Assembly (NCBI GenBank): GCA_964512505.1
Contig: CAZEHH010000003.1
Location: 1 to 59,295, forward strand
Reading direction: 5' to 3'
From: an uncultured Peptostreptococcaceae bacterium
GTDB taxonomy: Bacteria > Bacillota > Clostridia > Peptostreptococcales > BM714
Length of the DNA stretch: 59,295 bases
Positions within the stretch are counted from its first letter, which is position 1. Each line of letters opens with the position of its first letter. Under the pieces are notes generated by a model. The model saw only the letters and a program-made list of their open reading frames with translations, did not search any database and was not told the DNA's origin. A program made the translations under genes and the position numbers. Below are positions 1-11,258 of this stretch, piece by piece.

Positions 1-160
1 GACTAATTTTATCATTATCAATTCCATATGATTGTAGTAATTCATATGCTTGAATAGCTCTATCTTGATTCTGATAAAATATATCTGTGCTTTCATCCGC
101 AAAACATATTGATGTAAAAATGATAATTATAATTATCATCAAAGATATAAATCTTTTCAT
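1..160 (-). CDS. small exported protein, 3' end cut by the window edge (N-terminus MKRFISLMIIIIIIFTSICFADEST...)
   Basis: ATG at 160-158, seven nt downstream of GAGGGGGG (rc of 168-175). The frame stays open to position 1. The N-terminus is hydrophobic and signal-like. It is absent from the ORF track because fewer than 60 codons fall in the window. Confidence 0.4.
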   Translation of the reverse strand, partial: MKRFISLMIIIIIIFTSICFADESTDIFYQNQDRAIQAYELLQSYGIDNDKIS

Positions 161-175
161 TTAGATTCCCCCCTC

Positions 176-206
176 GATAGATAGATAGATGGATATATAT
201 ACATAT
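176..206. repeat. short low-complexity tract, (GATA)n followed by (AT/ATAC)n
   Basis: gatagatagatagat ggatatatatacatat read directly from the sequence. Confidence 0.6.
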
Positions 207-229
207 TTTGCCATTCTCATGATGTGCTT

Positions 230-256
230 TTATAATAAAAGGATAAACTGCTTCAT
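230..256 (-). other. 8-codon mini-ORF (MKQFILLL*) with a textbook RBS; possible leader peptide or chance
   Basis: The rc reads AAGGAGGTGATTCTTT ATG AAG CAG TTT ATC CTT TTA TTA TAA. GGAGGTG (rc of 264-270) lies 7 nt from the ATG. The mini-ORF sits about 70 nt upstream of the 1..160 gene. Confidence 0.2.
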
Positions 257-422
257 AAAGAATCACCTCCTTATCTTGCCAGAGTAAAACCTCCTCTTGT
301 TACATTGTATAACAGCTTGTTGTTAATGTCTATTATTTCCATTTATATTTAATGCTTCCATCTAGATGTTTCCGCCTACAAAACCAGTTATTCGTATTGG
401 TTATAATTTTTCGCACTAAAAA

Positions 423-446
423 ATCACCCTATCCTCATAGAGTGAT
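423..446. terminator. hairpin flanked by A/T runs just 3' of ssrA (bidirectional terminator-like)
   Basis: atcaccctat-cctc-atagagtgat forms a 10-bp stem with one mismatch. A-run and T-run flank it on either side. Confidence 0.5.
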
Positions 447-469
447 TTTTTATTTCATACGATAATTTT

Positions 470-823
470 TGGTGGAGGCGGCGGGAATCGAACCCGCGTC
501 CGAAAGCACTTTACATTAAACTTCTCCGAGCGCAGTCATTGGTTTGTTTCTCGCTTCCGAAGCCGCTCAATGACAAGCTGCTTCATCTGCCAGTCCCAAT
601 TGTTTCAGCAAGAGGTCGGGACAACCCTCAGACTGGATCCCCGCATATCGACATCCTATTGCTGCGGCGGCGGGTAGGCTACAGCAGGATGAGCCGCATT
701 ACGCGGCTAAAGCTAATTTATTATCTGCGTTTATATTTTTTGCCAAGTTTTTTAATGTGGCACCCGACAAACCACAGCTCGCTATTCAATGCTCCATACC
801 CCCGTCGAAACCTGTACGCCCCC
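470..823 (-). ncRNA. ssrA: tmRNA (transfer-messenger RNA); tag reading frame 743..699 encodes AKNINADNKLALAA*
   Basis: The rc starts GGGGGCGTACAGGTTTCGACGGGGGTATGGAGC and ends GGACGCGGGTTCGATTCCCGCCGCCTCCACCA, an alanine-acceptor-like 5' end and a T-arm plus CCA. The internal frame GCA AAA AAT ATA AAC GCA GAT AAT AAA TTA GCT TTA GCC GCG TAA ends in the canonical ALAA. It is adjacent to smpB. Confidence 0.95.
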
Positions 824-826
824 TTG

Positions 827-1294
827 TCATTCTCCCCTTTGGGACTTTCGCATTTCCTTCTGCATTCTTCTTTCTGCATCCTTCTTGGCAATTGTCTGCC
901 TCTTGTCGTATAGTTTTTTCCCTTTACCTACGCCAAGTTCCAGCTTGACAAGCCCCTTTTCATTCAAATATATTCTAAGCGGTACGAGTGTGTAACCTTT
1001 TTGAGTGGTATAGCCGATGAGTTTTCTTATTTCCCTTTTATTCAAAAGCAATTTTTTGGGCCTCAGAGGATCTGTATTGAAAATATTCCCTTTTTCATAA
1101 GGGCTTACGTGAACGCCAAGAAGAAAAATTTCATTTCCATGAATCTCGGCATAGCCCTCCTTCAGGTTTATTCTTCCCATTCGTATCGATTTGACCTCCG
1201 TGCCTTTTAAAACCATTCCGGCTTCGTAGGTTTCCTCAATGAAATAGTCATGCCTTGCTTTTCTGTTGTTTGCCAAAACCTTCATTTCATTCAT
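827..1294 (-). CDS. smpB: SsrA-binding protein SmpB
   Basis: 155 aa. The [27 protein letters not shown] and [10 protein letters not shown] motifs are typical of SmpB. The gene lies directly upstream of ssrA. Confidence 0.95.
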   Translation of the reverse strand: MNEMKVLANNRKARHDYFIEETYEAGMVLKGTEVKSIRMGRINLKEGYAEIHGNEIFLLGVHVSPYEKGNIFNTDPLRPKKLLLNKREIRKLIGYTTQKGYTLVPLRIYLNEKGLVKLELGVGKGKKLYDKRQTIAKKDAERRMQKEMRKSQRGE

Positions 1295-1339
1295 GGCCCA
1301 CCTGCTTCCGAACTTGAAAATCCTTTATTCTTTTAATCT

Positions 1340-1600
1340 TCAACTATCAAAATCTTTTTTTGAAATCGACGTCTTGACGCTGACTCCCTTTATGTTGCCA
1401 AGTTTGCCTGTCAATCCGTTTATTTCATCCATGGTTCCAAATACTATTATTGATACGACTGAAACTCCTGCCTCGTCATATGGTATCCCCATCCGACCTT
1501 TTATGATTCCCTTGTATTCAGCAACATTGTCGTTGAATATGTGTTGGGTTTCTCTGGGCCTTTCCAAAATCGCCCCTATGACAGCGAATTTCTTTTTCAT
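1340..1600 (-). CDS. TM1266-family small ACT/NikR-C-like protein (annotated in databases as putative iron-only hydrogenase system regulator)
   Basis: 86 aa. The pattern ...GRMGIPY...VSVVSIIV...DEINGLTGKLGNIKGVSVKT matches my memory of the TM1266 family. Confidence 0.7.
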   Translation of the reverse strand: MKKKFAVIGAILERPRETQHIFNDNVAEYKGIIKGRMGIPYDEAGVSVVSIIVFGTMDEINGLTGKLGNIKGVSVKTSISKKDFDS

Positions 1601-1633
1601 TGCTTTCTCCTTGTAATCTGTTTTCAGTCAAGA

Positions 1634-1656
1634 CCTCCCGGAAGCTATCCGGGAGG
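1634..1656 (-). terminator. hairpin downstream of rnr
   Basis: cctcccgga-agcta-tccgggagg gives a 9-bp GC-rich stem. The U-tract is weak. Confidence 0.45.
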
Positions 1657-1685
1657 CTCAATATCATTTTACCATTTTTGACGCT

Positions 1686-3818
1686 TTATTTCAATTCCTC
1701 AAGCTCGAAGTCTATTTCACCCTGGGGCACGTCCACCCGAATCAAAAGCACTTTGACATCGTCTCCAAGCCTGTATCTTTTTCCTGTCCTTTCACCTGTA
1801 AACATCATGTTGTCTCCGTCATAATTGTAATAATCATCGTCAAGCGAAGCAACCCTAACCAATCCCTCTATGGTATTAGGCAGCTGGACAAAGAATCCGA
1901 AGGATGTTACGGAAGTGATTATTCCGTCGAAAACTTCTCCCACGTGGTGGCTCATATATTCCGCCTTCTTGAGATCGTCTGTGTCCCTTTCGGCTTCCAT
2001 AGCTATCCTTTCCCTTTCCGAAGACCTTTCGGCGGCATTTTTGACTATGGCAGACAATGCTTTTTTACGCCCTTCCGTAATGCCTCCTTTAACATATTCC
2101 TTAATTATTCTATGAATCTGCAAGTCGGGATATCTTCTTATTGGAGATGTGAAATGTGTATAGTACTTGGCCGCCAATCCGAAATGTCCAAGGTTGTCCT
2201 CGGAATAACGGGCTTGCTTCAAGGAGCGCAGCATCAATGTATGGACAAAAAGTTCTTCTTTGTGGCCTTTGACTTTTTCAAGCAGGTCTCTCAGCGCTTT
2301 CGGATGAACCTCTGTTCCAATTCCCTTTATGTGATATCCGAGATTATGGACTAGATTGTTGAAGTTTTCAAGTTTTTCAATGTCGGGCATTTCATGGACC
2401 CTGTATACGAACGGAATCTTGAGCCAGAAAATATGCTCTGCAACTGTCTCATTGCATATGAGCATGAAATCCTCAATGATTTTATGGGAAACTGTCCTTT
2501 CCTCCACGACCACATCAACCGCTTCTCGATCTTCATTCAGGATTACTTTCGCCTCCGGCAAATCGAAGTCGATCGCCCCTCTGTCTTCACGGTTCTTTCT
2601 TATGATCGAGCTGAGTTCCTTCATGTCCTCAAACATGTCCCTGATGTATTCATACTTTTCAAGCTCCGGACTCTTTTCATTTTCAAGCAAGGCAGTAACA
2701 TCTTTGTATGTCATTCTCTCTGAAGAATTGATTATGCTTTCGAAAATATCATACTTGACCAGTTTACCTTTTTTATCTATTTGCATTTCCACCGACAATG
2801 TCAATCTGTCGACTTTTGGATTCAAGCTGCATATGCCGTTTGAAAGCCTCTTTGGAAGCATTGGAATCACCCTGTCGGCAAGGTACACGCTCGTAGCCCT
2901 CTTAAGGGCTTCCTTGTCCATCTTTGAGCCTTCGCCGACATAATGGGTAACATCCGCTATGTGGACTCCCAGCAAGAAGTCCCCGTTTTCAAGTTTTTTT
3001 ATGGAAACCGCATCGTCAAGGTCCTTCGCGTCAGCTCCGTCAATCGTTACTATTTTTTCATTTCTAAGGTCTCTTCTTCCCTCAATTTCAGATTCGCTTA
3101 CAGCTTCCTCCACCCTCTCGGCCTCGTCAAGCACCTTTTTAGGGAATTCCTCGGGAAGCTGGTGGCGTCTTATTATTGAAAGTATGTCGGTTCCAATATC
3201 GTCTTTGTCTCCAAGGATTTCAACTATTTTTCCTTCAGGGTTTCTTCCCGGAGCTGGCCATGCGGTTATTGAAGCTACAACCTTATGCCCGGCTTTTGCA
3301 TTCATTGCCTCGGTTTTAGGTATGAAAACATCGGTATTCATTTTTTTGTCGTCAGGAACCACAAATCCAAAATTCTTGTTTTCCTCGAATGTTCCTACTA
3401 TAATCTCATTATTTCTTTTGCTTATTTTTACAATTTCACCTTCAGTCTTTTTATTGAATGCTCCCTTGCTTAATATTCGCGCAACCACCGTATCGCCATT
3501 CATCGCTCCGTTGATTTTGCTTGCCGGAATGAATATGTCTTCTTTCTCGGTCTTGGAAACAACAAATCCATATCCATTCTTAGTCATGTCGAGCTTGCCG
3601 ACAACCAAATTCAGCTTTTCAGGCAAAGCGTATTTATCATGCCTTGTCTTCATTATTCGGCCTTCCTCAACCAATTCATCCAAATATGTTATGAATTTCC
3701 CTATGTTCTTTCCCTTGACTTGAAATGTCTTTACGAGTTCGTCTTCCTTCATAGGTTTATATGCCTTTTCATTCATTAATTGCAAAATCATATCTTTTTC
3801 GATTAAAATGTCAATCAC
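1686..3818 (-). CDS. rnr: ribonuclease R
   Basis: 710 aa with the RNB catalytic region (DGADAKDLDDAVS) and a C-terminal S1 domain (GEVFDGIITSVTSFGFFVQL). The track start is a GTG with a poor RBS, so the exact start is uncertain. Confidence 0.93.
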   Translation of the reverse strand: MIDILIEKDMILQLMNEKAYKPMKEDELVKTFQVKGKNIGKFITYLDELVEEGRIMKTRHDKYALPEKLNLVVGKLDMTKNGYGFVVSKTEKEDIFIPASKINGAMNGDTVVARILSKGAFNKKTEGEIVKISKRNNEIIVGTFEENKNFGFVVPDDKKMNTDVFIPKTEAMNAKAGHKVVASITAWPAPGRNPEGKIVEILGDKDDIGTDILSIIRRHQLPEEFPKKVLDEAERVEEAVSESEIEGRRDLRNEKIVTIDGADAKDLDDAVSIKKLENGDFLLGVHIADVTHYVGEGSKMDKEALKRATSVYLADRVIPMLPKRLSNGICSLNPKVDRLTLSVEMQIDKKGKLVKYDIFESIINSSERMTYKDVTALLENEKSPELEKYEYIRDMFEDMKELSSIIRKNREDRGAIDFDLPEAKVILNEDREAVDVVVEERTVSHKIIEDFMLICNETVAEHIFWLKIPFVYRVHEMPDIEKLENFNNLVHNLGYHIKGIGTEVHPKALRDLLEKVKGHKEELFVHTLMLRSLKQARYSEDNLGHFGLAAKYYTHFTSPIRRYPDLQIHRIIKEYVKGGITEGRKKALSAIVKNAAERSSERERIAMEAERDTDDLKKAEYMSHHVGEVFDGIITSVTSFGFFVQLPNTIEGLVRVASLDDDYYNYDGDNMMFTGERTGKRYRLGDDVKVLLIRVDVPQGEIDFELEELK

Positions 3819-3905
3819 ACCCTTTGTTTTTATTTGTCATTCCATTATACCGAACATTTGATTGTTTTACCAATTATTAGAATGAGATTTAATTTCATAT
3901 GCTAA

Positions 3906-3934
3906 AAGCTCCCCTTCTATATGAAGGGGAGCTT
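3906..3934. terminator. rho-independent terminator after hppA (usable on both strands)
   Basis: aagctccccttc-tatat-gaaggggagctt gives a 12-bp stem. The minus-strand reading is followed by TTTTAGC. Confidence 0.8.
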
Positions 3935-3961
3935 GAAAACTAATTTTATTTGTGTCATGGA

Positions 3962-5968
3962 CTAAAACAGCAGTCCGCCCATTTTCACAAACAGTGGTGC
4001 GAATACAAGAGCAACGATTGTCATCAGTTTTATGAGGATATTTATCGAAGGACCGGATGTGTCCTTGAAAGGGTCGCCAACCGTATCGCCGACAACTGCA
4101 GCTTTATGCGGGTCGCTTCCTTTTCCTCCGTGATTTCCCTCTTCGATGTATTTTTTAGCATTGTCCCATGCACCGCCTGCATTGGCCATGAATATAGCCA
4201 TCAATACTCCTGTTACAAGAGCACCGGCCAAAAGGCCTCCAAGGGCTTCCGGTCCAAGAAGCAAGCCCATTGCTATTGGAGCAACGACTGCCATGATTCC
4301 GGGAACAAGCATTTCCTTGAGTGCCGCAGCTGTTGAAATATCGACGCATTTTGCATATTCGGGTTTGGCTGTCCCCTCCATGATTCCAGGGATCTCCTTG
4401 AATTGTCGTCTAACTTCTTCAATCATTTCAAATGCTGCCTTTCCTACAGATTCCATTGTCATGGCCGAGAAAAGGAATGGAAGCATTCCGCCTACAAACA
4501 GTCCAACAACGACTCTTGGGTCCAATATGCTAATTTCTGTAACTTGCGCTACTGTTGCATATGATGCGAACAGAGCCAACGCCGTAAGAGCGGCCGAACC
4601 TATTGCAAAGCCTTTTCCTATTGCGGCTGTCGTGTTTCCTACTGCGTCAAGCTTGTCTGTTATGTTTCTCACGTCATTGGGCAACTCGCACATTTCGGCA
4701 ATTCCGCCTGCATTGTCAGCAATAGGCCCATAAGCGTCTACTGCAACAGTTACACCTGCGGTTGAAAGCATTCCGACTGCAGCCAAGGCGATTCCGTAAA
4801 GTCCCATGAATTGAAAAGCTATGAGTATTCCAACGCTTATTGCAATAATCGGCGCCGCTGTCGAAAACATTCCGACTGCCAAACCGCTGATTATTGTTGT
4901 TGCAGGTCCTGTTTCAGACTGCATTGCAATCTTTTTAACCGAATTGTAGTCACCTGAAGTATATATCTCAGTCAATTGTCCAATAACCAATCCTACAACC
5001 AATCCTGCCGCTATGGCGAAGAATGCTTTCAGGTTTCCGAAGAACATTCTGCTCATGAAGAATGCTCCTGCTATAACAAGAATTCCGCTTACATAGGTAC
5101 TCATTTTGAGTGCTTTATGCGGATCCGAATTCTCGTCTCCCTTTACAAACAGGGTTCCTATGATTGATGCTATGATTCCGAATGAAGCCAAGGCCAAAGG
5201 AAACAATGCTCCCGCCTTGTCAACTATGCTCATGTCAATTACCGCTTTTGAAGAAACGCCAAGAGTTATGGCGGCAATTATCGATCCTACATACGATTCG
5301 AAAAGGTCTGCGCCCATTCCAGCAACGTCACCGACATTGTCTCCCACATTGTCTGCAATTACAGCCGGATTTCTCGGGTCGTCCTCAGGAATGCCTGCCT
5401 CTACTTTTCCAACCAGGTCGGCTCCGACATCGGCAGCCTTTGTATAAATCCCTCCGCCGACACGTCCGAACAGTGCTATGGAAGAAGCTCCAAGACCGAA
5501 TCCTGTTATTATTTCAGGTCTTCCAAAAATTATATATGCCATTCCGACCCCGATGATTCCAAGGCCAACAACTGACATGCCCATTACAGCTCCACCTGAA
5601 AATGCAACTGAAAGAGCCTTGTTCATTCCGCCTGTCATAGCTGCATTGGCAGTTCTAACATTGGCTTTTGTAGCCACTTTCATTCCAAAGAAACCCGCCA
5701 AAGCCGAAAAAACGGCTCCAAACAAGAAGCATATTGCCGTAAGCCAGTCAATTCCAAAACCTACAACAACAAAGACCACTGCTGCGAAAACAACAAGCGA
5801 CTTGTACTCTCTTGTCAAGAACGCCATGGATCCTTCCTGAATGTAGGAAGATATTTCTTGCATTCTTTCATTTCCAACTTCAACTTTATTGATTTTGTTT
5901 GCCAGCATCAATGCAAAAAGCAGCGCTGCCACCCCTACAACCGGCACGATGTAAATTAGTGATTCCAT
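3962..5968 (-). CDS. hppA: membrane-integral K+/Na+- or H+-translocating pyrophosphatase
   Basis: 668 aa, polytopic. Motifs [29 protein letters not shown] and [15 protein letters not shown] are diagnostic of M-PPases. Confidence 0.95.
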   Translation of the reverse strand: MESLIYIVPVVGVAALLFALMLANKINKVEVGNERMQEISSYIQEGSMAFLTREYKSLVVFAAVVFVVVGFGIDWLTAICFLFGAVFSALAGFFGMKVATKANVRTANAAMTGGMNKALSVAFSGGAVMGMSVVGLGIIGVGMAYIIFGRPEIITGFGLGASSIALFGRVGGGIYTKAADVGADLVGKVEAGIPEDDPRNPAVIADNVGDNVGDVAGMGADLFESYVGSIIAAITLGVSSKAVIDMSIVDKAGALFPLALASFGIIASIIGTLFVKGDENSDPHKALKMSTYVSGILVIAGAFFMSRMFFGNLKAFFAIAAGLVVGLVIGQLTEIYTSGDYNSVKKIAMQSETGPATTIISGLAVGMFSTAAPIIAISVGILIAFQFMGLYGIALAAVGMLSTAGVTVAVDAYGPIADNAGGIAEMCELPNDVRNITDKLDAVGNTTAAIGKGFAIGSAALTALALFASYATVAQVTEISILDPRVVVGLFVGGMLPFLFSAMTMESVGKAAFEMIEEVRRQFKEIPGIMEGTAKPEYAKCVDISTAAALKEMLVPGIMAVVAPIAMGLLLGPEALGGLLAGALVTGVLMAIFMANAGGAWDNAKKYIEEGNHGGKGSDPHKAAVVGDTVGDPFKDTSGPSINILIKLMTIVALVFAPLFVKMGGLLF

Positions 5969-6004
5969 CTTTTCCTCCCTAAACCTTATTATATTATTTT
6001 TTGA

Positions 6005-6235
6005 TTATTGCAAGTAAACCATTGCCAGAGAGCTTATTATGAAAACTATTGCTCCTATTTTTGTTATTTTGGCCATGATTTCCTCAATCCCTCTGCCCTT
6101 TTGTTTTCCCCAGATTTGTTCCGCTCCTCCGCCTATGGCTCCAGAAAGTCCGGCGCTTTTTCCAGGTTGCAGCAATATGCTCGCAATCAGTATAATGCTT
6201 GTAATAATTTGAATTACCATGAATACAGTACTCAT
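6005..6235 (-). CDS. secG: preprotein translocase subunit SecG
   Basis: 76 aa with two TM segments and the LLQPGKSAGLSGAIGGGAEQ motif. Confidence 0.9.
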   Translation of the reverse strand: MSTVFMVIQIITSIILIASILLQPGKSAGLSGAIGGGAEQIWGKQKGRGIEEIMAKITKIGAIVFIISSLAMVYLQ

Positions 6236-6337
6236 TATCTTCTACACCTCCTTGCGTCTTGATTAACAAAGATATTCTATCATAGGGCTATTTATAAATC
6301 AATGAAATAAGACTTATTCTTTGTATTATAGCTTAAA

Positions 6338-6365
6338 GCGATGCACTCCATTCGGAATGCATCGC
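6338..6365 (-). terminator. terminator after eno
   Basis: gcgatgcactcc-attc-ggaatgcatcgc gives a 12-bp stem with one mismatch. The minus-strand reading is followed by TTTAAGC. Confidence 0.6.
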
Positions 6366-6372
6366 CTTTTGA

Positions 6373-8423
<2,051 letters not shown>

Positions 8424-8424
8424 A

Positions 8425-9627
8425 TCATAATACCCCCTTGTCCGATATGCATTCGATTCCCGGCAGAGCTCCGCCCTCGAAGAGCTTAAGCGATGCCCCT
8501 CCTCCTGTCGATATGTGACTCATTTTATTTTCCAAACCGAATTTATGTATCGCCGCGGCGCTGTCTCCACCGCCTATTATGGTCGTTGCTGTTGAATCCG
8601 CCAAAGCGTTTGCCACCCCAAGTGTGCCTTTTGCAAAATTGTCCATCTCAAAGACACCCATGGGCCCGTTCCAAAGCACCGTCCTTGACTTCGCAATAAC
8701 ATCCGCAAATTCTCCAACTGTTTCATTGCCTATGTCCAAGCCCATCATGTCTGAGGGCATTTTTTCAACCTTCACTGTATGGAAATCGGCATCATTGCTG
8801 AAAGAATCAGCTACAACAACGTCTTTAGGCAAAATTATTTCCACTCCGATTTCTTTGCAGAAATCGATAATCGACCTGGCTGTTTCAAGCTGTCCCTCTT
8901 CCACAATTGATGTTCCAATCTCATTTCCCAAGGCCTTCATGAATGTGAACATCATTCCTCCGCCAATAAGTATGTAGTCGGCCTTGCGTGCGAGGTTTTT
9001 TATCACCCCTATTTTGTCCGACACCTTCGAGCCTCCAAGTATTGCTGTAAAAGGCCTTTCCGCATCAGACATGGCCTTGCCCATTATTTCAAGCTCTTTT
9101 TCAACCAAAAGCCCCACGCATGAGGGCAATATGCTCGCAATTCCAACATTCGAACTATGTTCCCTGTGCGCTGTTCCGAACGCGTCATTGACGAAAATCT
9201 CTCCCAATGACGCAAGCTCTCTGGTGAAAGCCGCACCGTTTTTCTTTTCCTCTTCCCTGAATCTCGTGTTCTCAAGAAGCAAAACATCCCCGTATTCTGC
9301 GGACAGCACTTTTTCTTTTACCGAATCGTCGACTACACGCTCGCTTTCTATAAGATTCACTTTCACTCCAAGGATTTTTTCCATTGACTTGGCTACAGGC
9401 GCCAAAGAAAAAGCTTTGTCGTATTTACCCTTTGGCCTTCCAAGGTGTGACAAAAGGATCACTTTAGCCTTTTTGCCAATCAAATACTTTACGGTCGGCA
9501 TAGCGGCAATTATCCTTTTTTCATCTGTAACATCGCCTTTTTCATCAATTGGGACATTGAAGTCGCATCTGACAATTACACTTTTGTGCTTGAAATCCAT
9601 ATCCGACAAGGTTTTTTTGTTAAACAA
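8425..9627 (-). CDS. pgk: phosphoglycerate kinase (probable TTG start at 9627; the track ORF extends to 9645)
   Basis: RCDFNVP, LLENTRF and GGGDSAAA motifs are present. GGAGGTG (rc of 9635-9641) lies 7 nt upstream of the TTG and gives the canonical N-terminus MFNKKTLSD. Confidence 0.95.
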   Translation of the reverse strand: MFNKKTLSDMDFKHKSVIVRCDFNVPIDEKGDVTDEKRIIAAMPTVKYLIGKKAKVILLSHLGRPKGKYDKAFSLAPVAKSMEKILGVKVNLIESERVVDDSVKEKVLSAEYGDVLLLENTRFREEEKKNGAAFTRELASLGEIFVNDAFGTAHREHSSNVGIASILPSCVGLLVEKELEIMGKAMSDAERPFTAILGGSKVSDKIGVIKNLARKADYILIGGGMMFTFMKALGNEIGTSIVEEGQLETARSIIDFCKEIGVEIILPKDVVVADSFSNDADFHTVKVEKMPSDMMGLDIGNETVGEFADVIAKSRTVLWNGPMGVFEMDNFAKGTLGVANALADSTATTIIGGGDSAAAIHKFGLENKMSHISTGGGASLKLFEGGALPGIECISDKGVL

Positions 9628-9684
9628 ATATCCGCACCTCCACAATTAATTCAATCGTTCGGTTTACAACATTGACTAAAAGCT

Positions 9685-9707
9685 TGGGACACGATAAACG
9701 TGTCCCA
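9685..9707 (-). promoter_or_regulatory. perfect 9-bp inverted repeat TGGGACACG-N5-CGTGTCCCA between rpoN and pgk (rpoN terminator, 5' mRNA hairpin or operator)
   Basis: Read directly. It lies immediately downstream of a TTGAAA-16-TATAAT promoter-like element (rc of 9712-9739). Confidence 0.4.
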
Positions 9708-9755
9708 TATCATTATAATCCTAATTCTATTTTTTTCAATCCTATAAATGCCTTG

Positions 9756-11156
9756 TCAGTATCTCTTTCGCTTTGAAGAAGACGGAATTTTCAACTCGTC
9801 CCTATATTTTGCGACAGTCCTTCTTGAAATTTTTATGCCGGCTCGTGTCAGCTCATCTGTTATGAATTGGTCACTGTGGGGCTTCTTCGTATTTTCATTT
9901 TCAATCAATTCCATTATCATCGATTGAATGCTGGCAGATGATACACCTTCGCCCGCATTGCTTGAAACACCGCTTTGGAAAAAATATTTAAGCTCAAAAA
10001 TCCCTCTGGGGCACTGCATGTACTTTCCATTGATTGCTCTGCTTACGGTTGATTCATGAACTTCGACCCTGTCCGCCACATTTTTCAGAGTCAATGGTTT
10101 CAGGTATGCTTTCCCGTTTTCAAAAAAATCGTATTGGAATTCAATTATCGCACCCACGACTTTCATTATTGTATTTCTTCTCTGTTCTATGCTTTTTATT
10201 ATTCTAACCGCCGCATTCAGCTTTTCGTTTATATATGATGACGCCTTGTTTTCAATATTGCCGCTTGAAAGGAGTTTCTTGTAATAATTGCTTATTGTCA
10301 AACGCGGTGCGGTGATTTCATTTATCCTTATTATATACTCGCCCTCTATTTTCTCTACCGCAATGTCAGGTATTATATACTTTATGCCTTTCATTGAAGC
10401 GAATTCCCTGCCCGGTTTGGGTTCGAGCGTTTTTATGAAATCCGCAGCCTCCTGAATTTCTTCCTTTGTAAAATTTGTCGCTTTCGCTATCTGCAAAATC
10501 CTGTTTGCAGCCAAATCATCCAAATGGGAACTTATTATTTCCTCCGCTACGGGATATTCCTTTTCCCTTCGCTTCAATTGCAGCAAAAGACATTCCCTCA
10601 AGTTTTTGGAGCACACCCCTACAGGGTCGAAATCATGAAGCACATCGAGAATTTTCTCCAATATGGTTTCGTCTATTCCGAATTTTTCAATTATCTCCAT
10701 ATCGGTCAGTTGATAGTAACCATTGTTGTCAAGATTCTCGATTATATACTCTGCGACCACTTTTTCTTCTCTGGCAAGCAATGTAAACTTGAGCTGAAAC
10801 AATAAATGCTCCGTCAAAGTCGTTTCGTTTGTGACAAAATTCTGAAAGACAACCTCTTCTTTTTCTTCTTTGAAATTATTTCTTGTCTTTGTGCGGTCAT
10901 AATCAGAAAAGTACTCTTTCCAGTCGATATCGTCAGTCTCTTTTTCGGATTTTTCAACATTCTCTTCTTTTTTATCATCCTGGGATTCTTCGTTTTTAGG
11001 ATTTTCCAATAATGGATTGTTCAATAACTCTTGCCTTATAAACTCATTAAGCTCCACCGAATTATATTGCAATATCTCGATGGCTTGCTTCAATTCCGGT
11101 GTCATAATCAATTTTTGAGTTTGTGACAAATTTAAGTTATAAGACATTTTCATCAA
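9756..11156 (-). CDS. rpoN: RNA polymerase sigma-54 factor
   Basis: 466 aa. It has the N-terminal LSQTQKLIMTPELKQAIEILQ region I, an acidic region II, and a C-terminal HTH with an RpoN box (HESTVSRAINGKYMQCPRGIFELKYFF). Confidence 0.95.
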   Translation of the reverse strand: MMKMSYNLNLSQTQKLIMTPELKQAIEILQYNSVELNEFIRQELLNNPLLENPKNEESQDDKKEENVEKSEKETDDIDWKEYFSDYDRTKTRNNFKEEKEEVVFQNFVTNETTLTEHLLFQLKFTLLAREEKVVAEYIIENLDNNGYYQLTDMEIIEKFGIDETILEKILDVLHDFDPVGVCSKNLRECLLLQLKRREKEYPVAEEIISSHLDDLAANRILQIAKATNFTKEEIQEAADFIKTLEPKPGREFASMKGIKYIIPDIAVEKIEGEYIIRINEITAPRLTISNYYKKLLSSGNIENKASSYINEKLNAAVRIIKSIEQRRNTIMKVVGAIIEFQYDFFENGKAYLKPLTLKNVADRVEVHESTVSRAINGKYMQCPRGIFELKYFFQSGVSSNAGEGVSSASIQSMIMELIENENTKKPHSDQFITDELTRAGIKISRRTVAKYRDELKIPSSSKRKRY

Positions 11157-11215
11157 AACATCACCCAGCTTCTATAGTATGAACATAATCATTATATCAG
11201 ATTGAATGCAACTTT

Positions 11216-11249
11216 AAAAACCGGCGGTGTTTCAGCCGCCGGTTTTTTT
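11216..11249. terminator. strong bidirectional rho-independent terminator
   Basis: aaaaaccggcgg-tgtttcag-ccgccggttttttt. Confidence 0.85.
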
Positions 11250-11258
11250 AGATTCGCC

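Noticed and set aside
9685-9707. The palindrome upstream of pgk as a CggR operator.
   Set aside because: As I remember them, CggR operators are direct repeats of CGGGAC-N6-TGTC. This element is a single inverted repeat with different spacing, and no cggR gene is present in the window.
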